The notes beneath the pieces were generated by a model. That model saw nothing but the letters and a program-made list of their open reading frames with translations, was not told the origin of the DNA and did not search any database. A program made the position numbers and the translations under genes. DNA of 64,000 bases from the human T2T-CHM13v2.0 reference genome, Homo sapiens. Of this stretch, positions 1 through 12,010 are shown piece after piece (position 1 is the first letter of the stretch; the number at the start of each line of letters is the position of its first letter). The DNA lies in assembly GCF_009914755.1 (NCBI RefSeq), contig NC_060927.1; one strand, written 5' to 3'.

Positions 1-104
1 ACCACATATCCAACCAACCATACCTAATTATTTACATGCCACATGGAAAAATACTTTGGTGCCTGTTCTCTTTGCCTGTAACGTAACAAGCACCCCACAT
101 TTAC

Positions 105-315
105 TAATAATGACTAATATATAGTAAGCATTTTCTATGTACATAAATTATTCTAAGAGTTTTACATATATGATAGCAGTTTTTTCAAATTGATATAATT
201 ATTGTCTTCATTTTCTAGGTGAAAGAGACAAGGAACTTGCCTAAGTTGCCATAACATGAAATAGCAGATTTGGGATATAAATTCAGGTCTGCTTTGTTTT
301 AAAGCCTGGGTATTT
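105..315 (-). mobile_element. MIR SINE, degenerate
   Basis: Antisense MIR-core-like text (cattttctaggtgaaa...aacttgcctaagttgccata...gatttgggatataaattcaggtctg). Confidence 0.6.
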
Positions 316-544
316 AATGTCTCACATGTCATCCCTCTTTTATGCTGCCTGTGTGCTCTTCCTTGACTTGCGAGACTCAGCTGATAAATTCCTCAAAGCT
401 TTCCCTGTGCCTTCCACGCTAGCCCAAGCTGCCTTAGGTATCCTTCCTCTATATCCCTTAATACAAGTCTGTTCTCCCAAAAGTATACCCAGAATTTAGC
501 AAGCTGTGTATAATCAGTGATTTTTCTTTATTCATGTTTCACTT

Positions 545-700
545 AAACTATGGGCTTATCAAGAGTGAGAATTGTACACCTATTCAGAACAACAACAAAG
601 GACTGTATCGTATTCATTTCTTGTTCACTCATGCTTAGCACATGCTTTGCACGTGAAGTAGTTGTCCAATGCATGTCTAAAAGAATAAAATGATGAATGG
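545..700 (+). mobile_element. L2 LINE 3' end fragment
   Basis: gactgtatcgtattcatttct...gcttagcacatgctttgcacg...gaataaaatgatgaatg resembles the L2 terminus. Confidence 0.5.
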
Positions 701-1268
701 CTTAACCACATCTCAGATTCTCAATTCATGGTTATAGCACAAAAAAATGATCATGCATGTGATTTTGGCTGTGATTAGAAACTGGGATAAAATTGCAGCC
801 ATTTATCACAGAGATGGAATAAGCACAATTTCTTATTAAGTACCTGTGGACTCCATACTTTTGCAGATACACTGCTTCTTTAAACAATGCTTTAATCACA
901 ACATTTGGCTGCTTCAAACCTGTATGTGACTTGTTATTTCATTCTTTATCAAGTTTGAATTCCTCAGTATAGATTTAAAGAGCACTCATATCATAGATCA
1001 ACCCATAGTGATTTTCACCTTGTTCTAATATGTATCTTTGACACCAAGAAGACCAGTCACTTTACTCTCCCAACGCGCTATACTTATACCACCATTCAGT
1101 CTTTACTCAGCTCATACTCCAGCTCATTATTCTTCTTCCATTCTAAACCTGACTTAGATTATTAGGCAAATTTAAATTCTACTTACTTTATAGAGGGTTC
1201 CCTGTCTAGGTTAGCTCTTGGTAAAGTCCCTTTTCTATTGCCTATGTCAAATAATGTACCATATGATA

Positions 1269-1514
1269 CAGGTTGAGTATCCCTTTTCTGAAATGCTTGA
1301 GACCAGAAGTATTTCAGATTTCAGATTTTTTTTTTCAAATCATGGAATATTTGCATTCTAATTGAGCATCTCAAATCCAAAAACTCAAAACCCAAAATGC
1401 TCCAATAAGCATTTTCTTGGAGCATGAATTTTGAGCATCATATAAGCAACTCAAAACATTTCAAATTTTAGAGCTTTTGGATTTCAGATTTTTGGATTAG
1501 GGATGCTCAATTTG
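1269..1514 (+). mobile_element. Tigger4a (MER46/Zombi) TcMar DNA transposon relic
   Basis: Starts TA-CAGGTTGAGTATCCC and ends GGGATGCTCAATTTG-TA (inverted termini, TA target site); internal text matches Tigger4a as recalled. Confidence 0.8.
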
Positions 1515-1774
1515 TAATATTGTTGACTATTTGCAGCATTGCTTTAGTTATGTTAGCATTGTTTATTTTTTCCTATAAAGATATGAGCAGATGCTATGCA
1601 TTTCTCTTGTTTAAAATTACAAGTTATTGTGTGCCCACTCTGTGCTAAAATCTATTCTGCATGTTTTACAAATATTTTATTATGAAAAGATTTGAGTTTC
1701 CTTTTGGTTAGTGATAAAGGAGAAAATCTTTCAACAGATGCCATGAGAACTGATTAAAATAAAAAGTTAATTTT

Positions 1775-2077
1775 GGCCGGGCGTGGTGGCTCACGCCTGT
1801 AATCCCAACACTTTGGGAGGCCAAGGTGGGTGGATCACGAGGTGAGGAGATCAAGACCTATTGGCTAACATGGTGAAACTCCGCCTCTACTAAAAATACA
1901 AAAAATTAGTGGGACATGGCGGCATGCACCTGTAATCCCAGCTACTTGGGAGGCTGAGGCGGGAGAATCACTTGAATCCAGGAGCAGAGGTTACAGTGAG
2001 CTGAGATCGCACCACTGCACTCCAGCCTGGGCGACGGAGAGAGACTTCATCTCAAATAAAATAAAATAAATAAAAAA
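1775..2077 (+). mobile_element. Alu, full length (AluSc-like)
   Basis: GGCCGGGCGTGGTGGCTCAC start, A-rich linker, (AAAAT)n tail, degenerate TSD aaaaagttaatttt / aaaaggttatttt. Confidence 0.95.
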
Positions 2078-4744
2078 GGTTATTTTAAACCAAATTTCTA
2101 AAAATAAGTGTGATTCTCAAATTTAACAGTGATCCTAATAAGGTATATGAACAGGCGATAGCATAAAACTAGTTCTGTGCGTGGGTGTTTTGTGTCACTT
2201 TAATATTCAGTATATAACATGTGGAGAACTAGTTTTACTTTTCCATGGTATTTGTTGGTGCCTCTGTGAGTCACGATGTTGGGTCTACTGATTCTAACTC
2301 ATGTCAAAAGACCTCAACTTTATATTTAGCCCAACACTGCCAATGTCTGCTGTTGGAAATAAAGGGGAGCCAGGCAAAAGAGTTTGAATCAGCACAAATA
2401 ATTAAAATTATGGACCCTACTCATAGGACCATCATACATAAAGAATAACACCCCTTTTGCCTTTATTTGGAGAATATTACTCAACCACTTCACCATTTAT
2501 AAGAATAATAACAAAAATGGGATTTTCACATTATGACTTTAAAGTTGAAGGATCCAATTGTGTCTTGGGAAAAAAATGAAAGCATATGTATCACAAGACT
2601 AACTGAAAACAGAAATTTCATTTCTGTTCATATTCAGAGCCACTTTGTTAACACTGTGCTCCTGGGTTTGGAATTCCCTGGAGAGAAGAAGTTAGAAAGT
2701 AAAAGGCAAGCGTTCCCAGTAACATTTGGTTTAAATTTGCATGCAATTAAAATCTTATGTTATGGTACTAATATTTTTTCCCTTTTCTGGTTTCAGAAAC
2801 ACTAGATGTTTCTGACACATTTAGTAAAAGCCTCCTTTTCCTTATCATTTCTGACTCTTTATTCAGATTTACTAAAAATAAGAGTCAAGAGAAAGAAAAA
2901 ACGGGAAAGTCTGCACAATGAAAAGGTGGTCTTCCTTATTTTTCATCAGTTAGTCAGGATTATTTACCAAGTAGAGGACTGCTCTGTCATTTTTATACTA
3001 ATTTAATTCTAAATAAATATATCAAAGATTTCTAAATGTTGGATTTAGGCATTTGAAAAAGGTTTTAAAAACAGTAATTTATCATTTAGCTGCAGCATGT
3101 GATAAGTGCAATGAACAAATTTTGATTCATCTGACATTAGTTAGAATTAAATTATTATCTAGAGATTATAAATGTTGCATTAATCCTTCTTTAATTTAAT
3201 AATTAAGATTTATAAGTATTCACAAATATATCTGGAATAAGTAATTTAAAAAGTCTTAAAACTTTAAGATTTGATATCAGGATATAAACATAATTCTATT
3301 TATTTACATTTTCCATTTGATATTTGATCCATCCTACTTTATGACTTTCTTTTCATCAAGAAACTGACCCAAAGACTTGAGGATTACCACTAAGGACTTT
3401 TCAGGGAAAATAAAAACGAAATAACCCACACCAAACAAAAAGCGGCGGTGGTACAGCCATAATACTTCCTGTTCCTTGTAGATCAATCTGGGACAAAGGC
3501 TGTCTAATATTTCAAATTCTGTGGCATGTGAACAATACTGTGTGCACTGGGCTTCCAACCTTGGCATTTAGAATGCATATATATGAGCAGAGGAAAATTC
3601 CAACAATCTATCCTTTCTTTATAATCTTGCAGCAGTTCCAAAAGTCCTTAGCTGAAGGATATATTTGGAAAGCGCTGCTTGTCTGCTCTCACCACATTCA
3701 GGTAACCATTCCAGAGTTCTTAGGTTCCACTTGAGAGGTAACTTGCTATTACCATTTGTGCTATGTGTCATAAAAGGGCCCTATTATTTTCAGCAAGACC
3801 CCTCAGCAGCAGTTCCAAAGGAGCAGCTAGAGATTTGATTATATAGGTCTCTCTCCTGAACACATCCTTTCGCATTTGACATTTACACTGGTGGCGGATT
3901 TTTATGTAACTTGTTAGACAGCAGTCTGAACCTTAGAAAGGTGTTAGTCTTCCTAGAACCCTCTGGCAAAGGAAAATCTTTTATTGGACTTAAATGTTTT
4001 GAGTTGAAAACTGTACTTGTTTGATTGGAAAACCTTTCAGGGAACAGATTTCGTTATTTTTCTAAGCTAGGCTGCAGGAATTGAGCCGAAGATATCACTA
4101 ACCAAAGAGCTGAGAACCAAAGGAAATGACTCCAGTGTTTAAAATCCTTTTATTTCCTCTGTGAACGATATCTCTGCAACTGAGATGAACCATTCCAACT
4201 GGCCCCCACCCAGACTTTATGGGAACTGAGATTAGGAAGTTGTATGGTCACAATAGTCACTGTACAAATTGCTTTCAGTTTAAAAACCTCAAAGTTCTTG
4301 ACAAAGCCATAATTTCTTGCCACATTTTATTTTTTCACATGGGTGACTGATCTGTCATTCATTAATTACCCTGCCAGGATTCTTCAGTTCTTTTAGAATG
4401 ATCTATATATATAATAATTTCATTTGGGAGGAGGACACAGAGTTTGTGAGAGAAGTATGCAGGGTGCCTGTAAAATTTGTCTTTGCGAGACACCACATAT
4501 TTTGCCCATTTCTGTTGCCTTCTATTTGAAAAAAAATATTGTTGGGCCACAGTCAAGCTTATAAAAATGTGTTCTTTTCCTTTCCTAATTTCATTCTATA
4601 CTTTCCTTCTTGCCTAGCTTTTCCATAGCTGAGATGAATAAAATGTTGGATGTGGTCTCAAAATTCAACACTCCTGACTTCCTTTGACACAATCATGCCC
4701 TGGGGAAATAGAATCATATTCATAACTCTCTAAAGCATTCTCTG

Positions 4745-4860
4745 CCCTTGCTTTCTCTACCCAGGCTGGAGAATCTTATTAATCTTTCTATTCCTTGTGC
4801 CTAACACAGTGCCTGGCATGTTTGAAGGCACTGATTTATATTTAAACGTGAAGTAGCCTA
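4745..4860 (+). mobile_element. L2 3' end fragment
   Basis: gtgcctaacacagtgcctggca is the hallmark L2 3' motif. Confidence 0.6.
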
Positions 4861-5387
4861 GAATAGGAAGCATATAATAGATTGGTAAAACATAGAGTAT
4901 GTAAGGAAGGGATTATTACACACTTTAAAAAATCAGGGACTGTTGTCTGAATTAAACATTGTTAAGGATGTAGCAATGACACAATTCTCCATTCTTCTAA
5001 AATTTTTAGTACTTCCCTATATTCGTCTCTGGGGAATTTATGTGGCAGAATGCTCTCTCACCATGTTTGGCAACCTAAAGCTACTCAGACTTCCTTAGAG
5101 GTAGTCGCTCCTCTATCTCAAAAGCTTTCTTGACAAGAATGATTTGGGTTGGATGGGGATTGGTAGTAGTTTTCTCATTTAACATCTGCAACACATATTA
5201 AAATGAACTTTAGTAACCTGACATTTAGCACTGAATGGGATTTAAACATATGAGTTGCTCAATCTAATGTGATTTGATCCAACATTTGTCAAACATGTAC
5301 TTTTGGAAAAACACTGTGATTGACACTGAGGATAAGAAAAAGGAAGCGATTTATCCCCAAATGCTCAAGGGGAGGAGAGATAGGTGC

Positions 5388-5407
5388 ATATATATATGTG
5401 TGATAGG

Positions 5408-5451
<44 letters not shown>

Positions 5452-5600
5452 AGGCATACATATATATGATAGGCATATATATGTGTATATGATAAGCATA
5501 TATATATGATAGGCATATATATATAAGCATATATACGATAGGCATATATATATATGATAGGCATATATATGTATATATGATAGGCATATATATAATAATA
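5388..5600. repeat. (TA)n microsatellite interrupted by repeated GATAGGCA units (compound VNTR)
   Basis: Directly visible: about nine GATAGGCA/GATAAGCA-type units separated by variable (TA)n runs. Confidence 0.95.
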
Positions 5601-5604
5601 TGAG

Positions 5605-5850
5605 GATAATAGCTAAAAATAATATCTAATTGTCAGTGAGTACTTTATGCATGTCAGATTTTCTTCTAATAACTCCAGATGTCTTATTTAATCCTACAGA
5701 GGCCCTTCGAGGTAGATGTCAACGTTACCAGCATTTCACAGATGAGGGTAATGAGCCACTATGTTCAAGATCAATCAGCTTCCAAAGTCACAGAGCCTGA
5801 TAGAGTCCAGGAAGTTCCCAAATATATGCTCTTAAGTACTATGCAGTAGT
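5605..5850 (-). mobile_element. MIR SINE
   Basis: atttaatcctaca...aggtagatg...catttcacagatgagggtaatgag, antisense MIR core. Confidence 0.7.
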
Positions 5851-6327
5851 GCTGTAAATAACATGCTCTTAGAAAGAATGAGGAAGTGGTCAAATCGACC
5901 TTAAGTTTGGAAAAGGCTTAGGTGAAAGCTGCAGGAGGAAGGTAGTATTTGAGCTTTGCTCTCCAAAATGAATGTAAGTTTATCTAGCAGGGATAGCAGG
6001 AAAAGATTTACCTGGAAAAGGAAAGAGCATGGAAATGGCAGAAAGTTGTTGAAGTGCATGACATTTTCTGATGTCTTCAAAGTGCAGTGCTTGCATAAGG
6101 AAACAGTAAGTGATATAATCTGAATGCAAGCTCGTCTTATGGTGAAGGGTCTTGCATCAAGGCTAGGGTAAAGAGCTTGTTATAAAGGCAATGGAAACCA
6201 AGGAGAGGTTTATAGGCAGAAGAAATAATATGGCCAGAGTAATATTTTGGAAAGTCGATTCTGGCAAAGAATTTGGAATGACAAAGAAGGAAGAAAGCTA
6301 GATGCAGGAAGACAGGCTGGAAGGATG

Positions 6328-6760
6328 TATCCTTTCTCTTGCATTCATGTGCTAATAATAGAAAGAATGACTAAACACTGACTTAAACTGTTTTTCACAC
6401 CGCATAAGAAGGAGACTGAAGGTAAGCAATCCAGAGCAGTAGGGTGACTCCATCTAGACACTCAGCACTTGGTGTGTACCTTTCACTTCCTGCCTTTGCC
6501 TTGTGGTTGCAGAGAGCTAGTCCACTTTAGCATTACATTTGCAGTACATGCAGGAAGACCAGGAAGGCTAAAGGGCAAAAGACAAGTGCCAGCTGAGTGT
6601 GTCCTTGTTCAAAAGCTTTGTGCTTTTATAATTGGCCCCAAACTGTAACATGGTCATGGGTTCTTAATACCCAAATGATGTTGGAAATAGTAGTTTTTAT
6701 ACCTAGGCACATGCCAAAACAGAATGCCGGTAGGGAAGAGAATTCCGTCAAAATTGATAT
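6328..6760 (-). mobile_element. MaLR solo LTR (old MLT1J/K/L-like)
   Basis: gtggttgcagagagct...attggccccaaactgtaacatggtca motifs typical of old MLT1 LTRs. Confidence 0.55.
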
Positions 6761-7203
6761 TGGAATTGTTTATGTGAGAGTTGAAGAGGACATGGACCAG
6801 GGACTTTAAGGGTACAAAAGATAAAGTGGGGACAGGATTTAGGAATGAGAATCAGGAAGACATGGGGACCAATAAGATGAGGCAGGCTGGGAAGGGGATT
6901 GATCAAGGAAGATACTGTTGTTTCTGACTTTGGCAACTGCATCTGTGATGATCGTTTTAGCCGAGGTGTGGAGAATCAAGTAAGATCAGTTTTTACCAAT
7001 AAAATAATACATGTGATTCAAGATATATTGAGTTTGATGTATTTCTAGGACATCCGATGAAAAATTTGGTAAGTTGATATAAACAGGCCTAGAGGTCAGG
7101 AGATGACGATCTGAGTGTCAGAATAATCTAAACCACAGAAGTTGATGAAATCACTAAGAAAACACATAGAGTGGCATAAAGCCTGAAGACTATGGAGAGG
7201 AAG

Positions 7204-7485
7204 TTTTTTTTTGTTTGTTTTTGTTTTTTGGTTTTGTTTTGTTTTTTGAGACAGAGTCTCACTCTGTTGCCCAGGCTGGAGTGCAGTGGTACAATGATGG
7301 CTTACTGTAGCCAAGACATCCCACTTTAGCCTCCTGAATAGCAGGGAACACAGGTGCATGCCACCATGCCTAAGAAGGTCTCACTGTGTTGCCCAGGCTT
7401 GTGTCTAATTCCTGGCCCCAAGCTATCCTACCACGTCAGCCTCCTAAAGTGTTGGGATTATAGGCATGAGCTACCACACCTGGCC
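7204..7485 (-). mobile_element. AluJ with internal deletions
   Basis: T-rich tail, ends ...cctggcc, central linker missing; TSD ggagaggaagtttt / ggagaggaactttt. Confidence 0.9.
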
Positions 7486-7698
7486 AAGGAGAGGAACTTT
7501 TCAAGAGCAAGCTGAAAATATCAGAGAAAGGGGAGCAATATCACAAAAATTAGGAGTAATATTTTTAAAATGAAATGCTCAACAGTATCAAATACCTTAG
7601 AAGATTTAAGAATGAAAGGAGATGTTGAGTTAGCAATTAGGTTATCATTAGTGTTCAGTACATGTTGAAACAATAAATGCATTAAAACATGAACTTCT

Positions 7699-7999
7699 AG
7701 CCAGGTATGGTGGTGCAATCCTGTAATTCCAGCAATTTGGGAGGTTGAGGCAGGTGGATCACTTGAGCCCAAAAGTCCGAGAACAGCCTGGGCAACATAG
7801 TGAAACCGATCTCTACTAAAAATACCAAAAAATTATCTGGGTATGGTGGCACGTGTCTGTCGCCCAGCTACCCAGGAGGCTGAGATGGGAGGGTGACCTG
7901 AGCCCAGGAAGTCAAGGCTGCAGAGCGTTTTGGTTGCGTCACTGCACTCCAGCCTGGGTGACACAGCGAGACCATGTCTCTAAAAAAAGAAAAGAAAAA
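7699..7999 (+). mobile_element. AluJ
   Basis: J-type text (cttgagccca, gtcaaggctgcag); TSD aaaacatgaacttct / aaaacatgaaattct. Confidence 0.92.
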
Positions 8000-8034
8000 C
8001 ATGAAATTCTCATCTGTGTATGTGAGGTGATTTC

Positions 8035-8035
<1 letters not shown>

Positions 8036-8088
<53 letters not shown>
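8036..8088. repeat. (TG)~19(TA)5 microsatellite
   Basis: Directly visible. Confidence 0.97.
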
Positions 8089-8383
8089 TTGTTTTTTTTT
8101 TGAAACAGAGTCTCGCTCTGTTGCCCAGGCTGGAGTACAGTGGCGCAATCTTGGCTCACTGCAAGCTCCACCTCCCAGGTTTACGCCATTCTCCTGCCTT
8201 AGCCTTCCTAGTATTCAGGACTACAGGTGCCTGCCACCACGCCAGGCTAATTGTTTTGTATTTTTAGTAGAGACGGGATTTCACCTTGTTAGCCAGGATG
8301 GTTTCGATCTCCTGACCTCGTGATCCGCCTTCCTCGGCCTCCCGAAGTGCTGGGATTACAGGCGTGAGCCACCGCGCCCGGCC
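8088..8383 (-). mobile_element. AluY
   Basis: Y-diagnostic text gcaagctcc, acgccattctcc, ttagccaggatgg, cgatctcctgacctcgtgatcc; many CpGs intact. Confidence 0.93.
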
Positions 8384-9989
8384 CTACATGATCTCATATT
8401 CTTGCAGAGACAGTTGTCTACTGCTACTGTCCACTATTTCTATTGGACAGTATGATTTTCTAGACCTAGGGGGAATACTGGGTTTTTGTTAGCTGTTTTA
8501 TCTTACAGAAGATGTTTTCAATAAGTTAAGAGAAGAAATCATATAGAAGTCAAGGCAGATCAAAAACCTATTGAAAGACAAAAATTGTAGTTGTGGGAAA
8601 AAAATGTCAAGGAAATGGGTACATACTGTGAGTAAAGTTCTAAGTGAAGTCACTGAATTTTCTATTTTATTTCCTGTTCCTCAGAAATTCTTTATAACCT
8701 TTTTCTTCCCCCTAAATAATCATTCTTGTAGCTTTTGTAAAACTGTCTTATCTTAGGGTAGCTAAAAAGGCAAAAAGTAGGCCTGTTGTGCATAAGTAAG
8801 AGTAACTCACAATGCCTACATTTTTTAGATAATCCTTACCTCTTATCTCTTTCTGAGAGCAGGGCATTCATTCACATGCACATGGGTATATACTGAGTGA
8901 CCATTAGGTGCCTGATACTGTACTAAGCACAGGTTATTGGGTGTAGCTAGCACCTGTATTACTGTCAAGAACTGCAACTGTTTGTGGTTAAATTTGGAGA
9001 AATACTAAACCAATATCCACCCTCCTTCTGTGGGCCTATACCCACTTAGAAATTAATGTCTTTTTGAAACTTATAGATAGAACAGTTGTTATTTTATGAG
9101 TTATCATGTCATGGCATTGGGTACAAAACTAATGCTTCTATTTCTTGTTTTAGTCAGTAAAGTAGCCAGCGCCATGTGTGGACATGTAAATAATAAAAAT
9201 GCCTTAGGAAATATACAGAGATTTTATTGTTAATAAATGTGCATGGCTATCTCCTGATCTATTGTATAGTAAAAGAAGGTCATTATTAAAGGTGCATCCT
9301 TTAACAGAAAAAAATATGAAAACATTTATGTTTTCAGGATCAATTAGCAACTCTCTTTTCACCTTGGCAGGACATGTCTAAAGTTTAAGTAGCCATTTTC
9401 ATCTCGTCAACACATTTCATACCACTTTCTTTATTCATTTTTTAAATTTGGTACAATATTCCAGCTCATTCACAGTTTGCAATTTGCTGAAGGCAGAGGT
9501 CTACTTATACACTGTATGTTAATATGTAGCAGAGATGACATTCTAATTTTGTGTCTCAACTAGCAAAGTATCCACTTCCCTTATAAAGAATTAATTATGA
9601 TGTTCACTAAAAACAAAAGACAACTGTAGATGATAGGGCTACTTCTGTGAGCAAAGCTGTTGGGGGCCTGGAGTGAGAAGAGAAATGGGAAGCAAGTGAT
9701 TGAAAGTGGACATTTTATATTAGTAAGATCATAATGAACCATTTGAAGGAAAGTAGAATACGCAGAGAGCAAATTCTGCGCTTTGAGTGTATTTTCGTGT
9801 TCCAAAAGAAAAAGTAATAATAGCATGAACTGGCAATGTGACAGTGAAATTACAATGTCTTCTGTTGATATCTGTAACGTAAGTTGGTACAACCCTTCTA
9901 GAAAGCAATTTGTCCATGTTTCAAGCCCCATAGATGTGTTACCTCAGCATTTACACTACTGCAAACTTATTTTGGTATAGAAACTTATC

Positions 9990-10320
9990 CAAGAGAAGAA
10001 GAAAGCCATCTGTAGAACCTAAATGAGGAATTATGAGGACTAAATAAGGCGAGGGCTGTGTCAGTGCAGATTGAGGGAATTCAAGAAGGGTTAGAAAGGC
10101 ACATTGACTCCGTTGGGTGATGGAAGGGACAGATGTGGGATGCAAGGTGAAGAAGAGGAAGGAGCCTAGAACGACCTCCAAGCAACTGTCTTGATTCATT
10201 CATTGAGAAACAAAATATAAAAGGAGCAAAAAATAGAAAGGTCACAAACATTTTGCTTTTGAAAACAGTCTGAAAACCACTCAGTCCTATGCCATTCTCC
10301 TCAGATGAGGGTGTGGAACT
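9990..10320 (-). mobile_element. L2 fragment
   Basis: aggcacattgactccgttgggtgatgg...ggagcctagaacgacctcc resembles antisense L2. Confidence 0.45.
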
Positions 10321-10656
10321 CAGAGGTCAACCAACAGAACTCAAATCTTAGTTAACTAATTGACTGGCAGTTCTTTTGCTGTTTGGTTTCTATCTGAATG
10401 AAAAATCTCCTGCTTGGCTTTCACACTTCCTGTCAACTAGACCAATTAGGATAACATTAAGGGATAGATTTTACTATGGAAATCTCAAGCTTGGACCTCA
10501 TTTTCCCCCCAAAATAGTATCAAACTGCCTTGTTATTATTAAAATGGGAGCTTTACGATAGCATTCTTAAGTATGGTGATTTTTTTACACCACATAATAA
10601 CTTTTACTGTGATTTATTGAGTCTGTGGCCAAAAGTCTGACCCTTCTGTTCTAATC

Positions 10657-10848
10657 AGAGTTGCCAGATAAAATACAGATGCTCCAGTTAAATTTGAATT
10701 TCAGATACATAATGAATACATTTTTAGTACTTGTTTCATATAAGTATTTTTATTATAATGTGTCACATGCAGGTATTATTCATTGTGTATCTGCAATTCA
10801 AATGTAACTGGCCATCCTGTATTTTTATTTGCTAAATCTGGCAACCTA
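10657..10848. mobile_element. MER53 palindromic hAT-type MITE
   Basis: Inverted termini GTTGCCAGAT ... ATCTGGCAAC and internal inverted arms cagttaaatttgaatttcagatac / gtatctgcaattcaaatgtaactg. Confidence 0.85.
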
Positions 10849-10889
10849 GTCCCAATATTAAGAAGGTCCATTCATTCTAATGATCTAGA

Positions 10890-11191
10890 CATAGCAATGG
10901 TAGTCAAGGAGCCAAGTGTAGCTACTGAGCACTTAAATATGCTTAGTCCAAACTGAGATGTGCTGTGAGTGTAAAATACAAACCAAGTTTTAAAAACCTA
11001 CTATTAAAAAGCGTGCAGTATCTTGTTAATAATTTTAAAATTGATTGCATGTCAAAATAATAATATTTTTTATAGCTAGGGTTAAATTAAATATATTTAA
11101 TTTTACCTGTTCCTTTTACTTTCTAAAAATTCGGATACTAGAAAATTTGAAATATTTGGGGCTTGCACTACATTTCTATTGGACAGTACTG
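10890..11191 (-). mobile_element. MER33 (hAT-Charlie)
   Basis: gagcacttaaatatgcttagtccaaactgagatgtgctgtgagtgtaaaatac ... catttctattggacagtactg matches reverse MER33 as recalled. Confidence 0.8.
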
Positions 11192-11679
11192 ATTTTCTAG
11201 ATTTAAGGGAAATACTGGTTTTTCGTTAGCTATTTTATCTTGCAAAAGATGTTTTCAGTGAGTTAAATATACACCAACAGCATAGAAAGTGAACAAAAGT
11301 TGTGCAAGGTTTACACAAAACAAGTTTAGCCAACATAAACTGAGAAGAAGGAGAGTATATCTTCATTTCGATACATATAGTTTAATAAACACGTAGGGAG
11401 GGTTTTTTTAGATCAGAAAACACATATGCACTATATACAAATTAATATGAAGGATGTATTATGCTTTATTCCTGTGTCTCAGCGAAACATTGAAAGTGCT
11501 GATTTCTTTGTGATATTAAAAATACATGTAGTATTTCTTCATGGGGTTCCAGTCATAATTCTTTGGTGTTTCATTCTATTCAAGGAGGTTAAAGAATCTT
11601 ACAGCATAGACACCTAATTTGGAAGGAATCTCAATGAAATACCTGCTAAGGTCAAGGTTCATGTCAAAACTAATATTAA

Positions 11680-12010
11680 CTGTTCTCTCTGCCTGTAGAG
11701 TGCTTTCCACGGAGAGTCTCAAGGGTTGTTCCTAACTGTGTTCAGGTCTCCGCTCACATGTCATCTCCGCTCACATTTAAGAGGCCCTCCTCTGACTTAT
11801 TATCTAAAATAGCACCCTGTCACTCTCTCACTCTTACCCTGCCTTATTATTTTTTTCCATAATACTGACATCCTATTTTATCCCACCCCATCCTTGATTA
11901 TATTAATATTTAAAATTATAGTAAGTAGTTTCTATTATTTTTCATCTCCCCAGAAAAGCTTCATGATGGCAAAGTTGTTCACTGCAGTATCTTCATAACC
12001 CACAGAACTT
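11680..12010 (+). mobile_element. L2a 3' fragment
   Basis: ctctgcctgtagagtgctttcc...tctaaaatagcaccc...aagcttcatgatggcaaag...ttgttcactgcagtatc. Confidence 0.7.

Larger units (their letters stand above)
5865..7655 (-). mobile_element. L2 LINE fragments (antisense), interrupted by an MLT1 LTR and an Alu
   Basis: Purine-rich antisense L2 text (aggcaatggaaacc...gatattgagtttgatgtatttctaggacatcc...gttagcaattaggttatcattagtg). Confidence 0.65.

Noticed and set aside
5388-5600. CRISPR-like repeat-spacer array
   Set aside because: The repeat is only 8 bp, spacers are plain (TA)n, there are no cas genes, and the DNA is primate.
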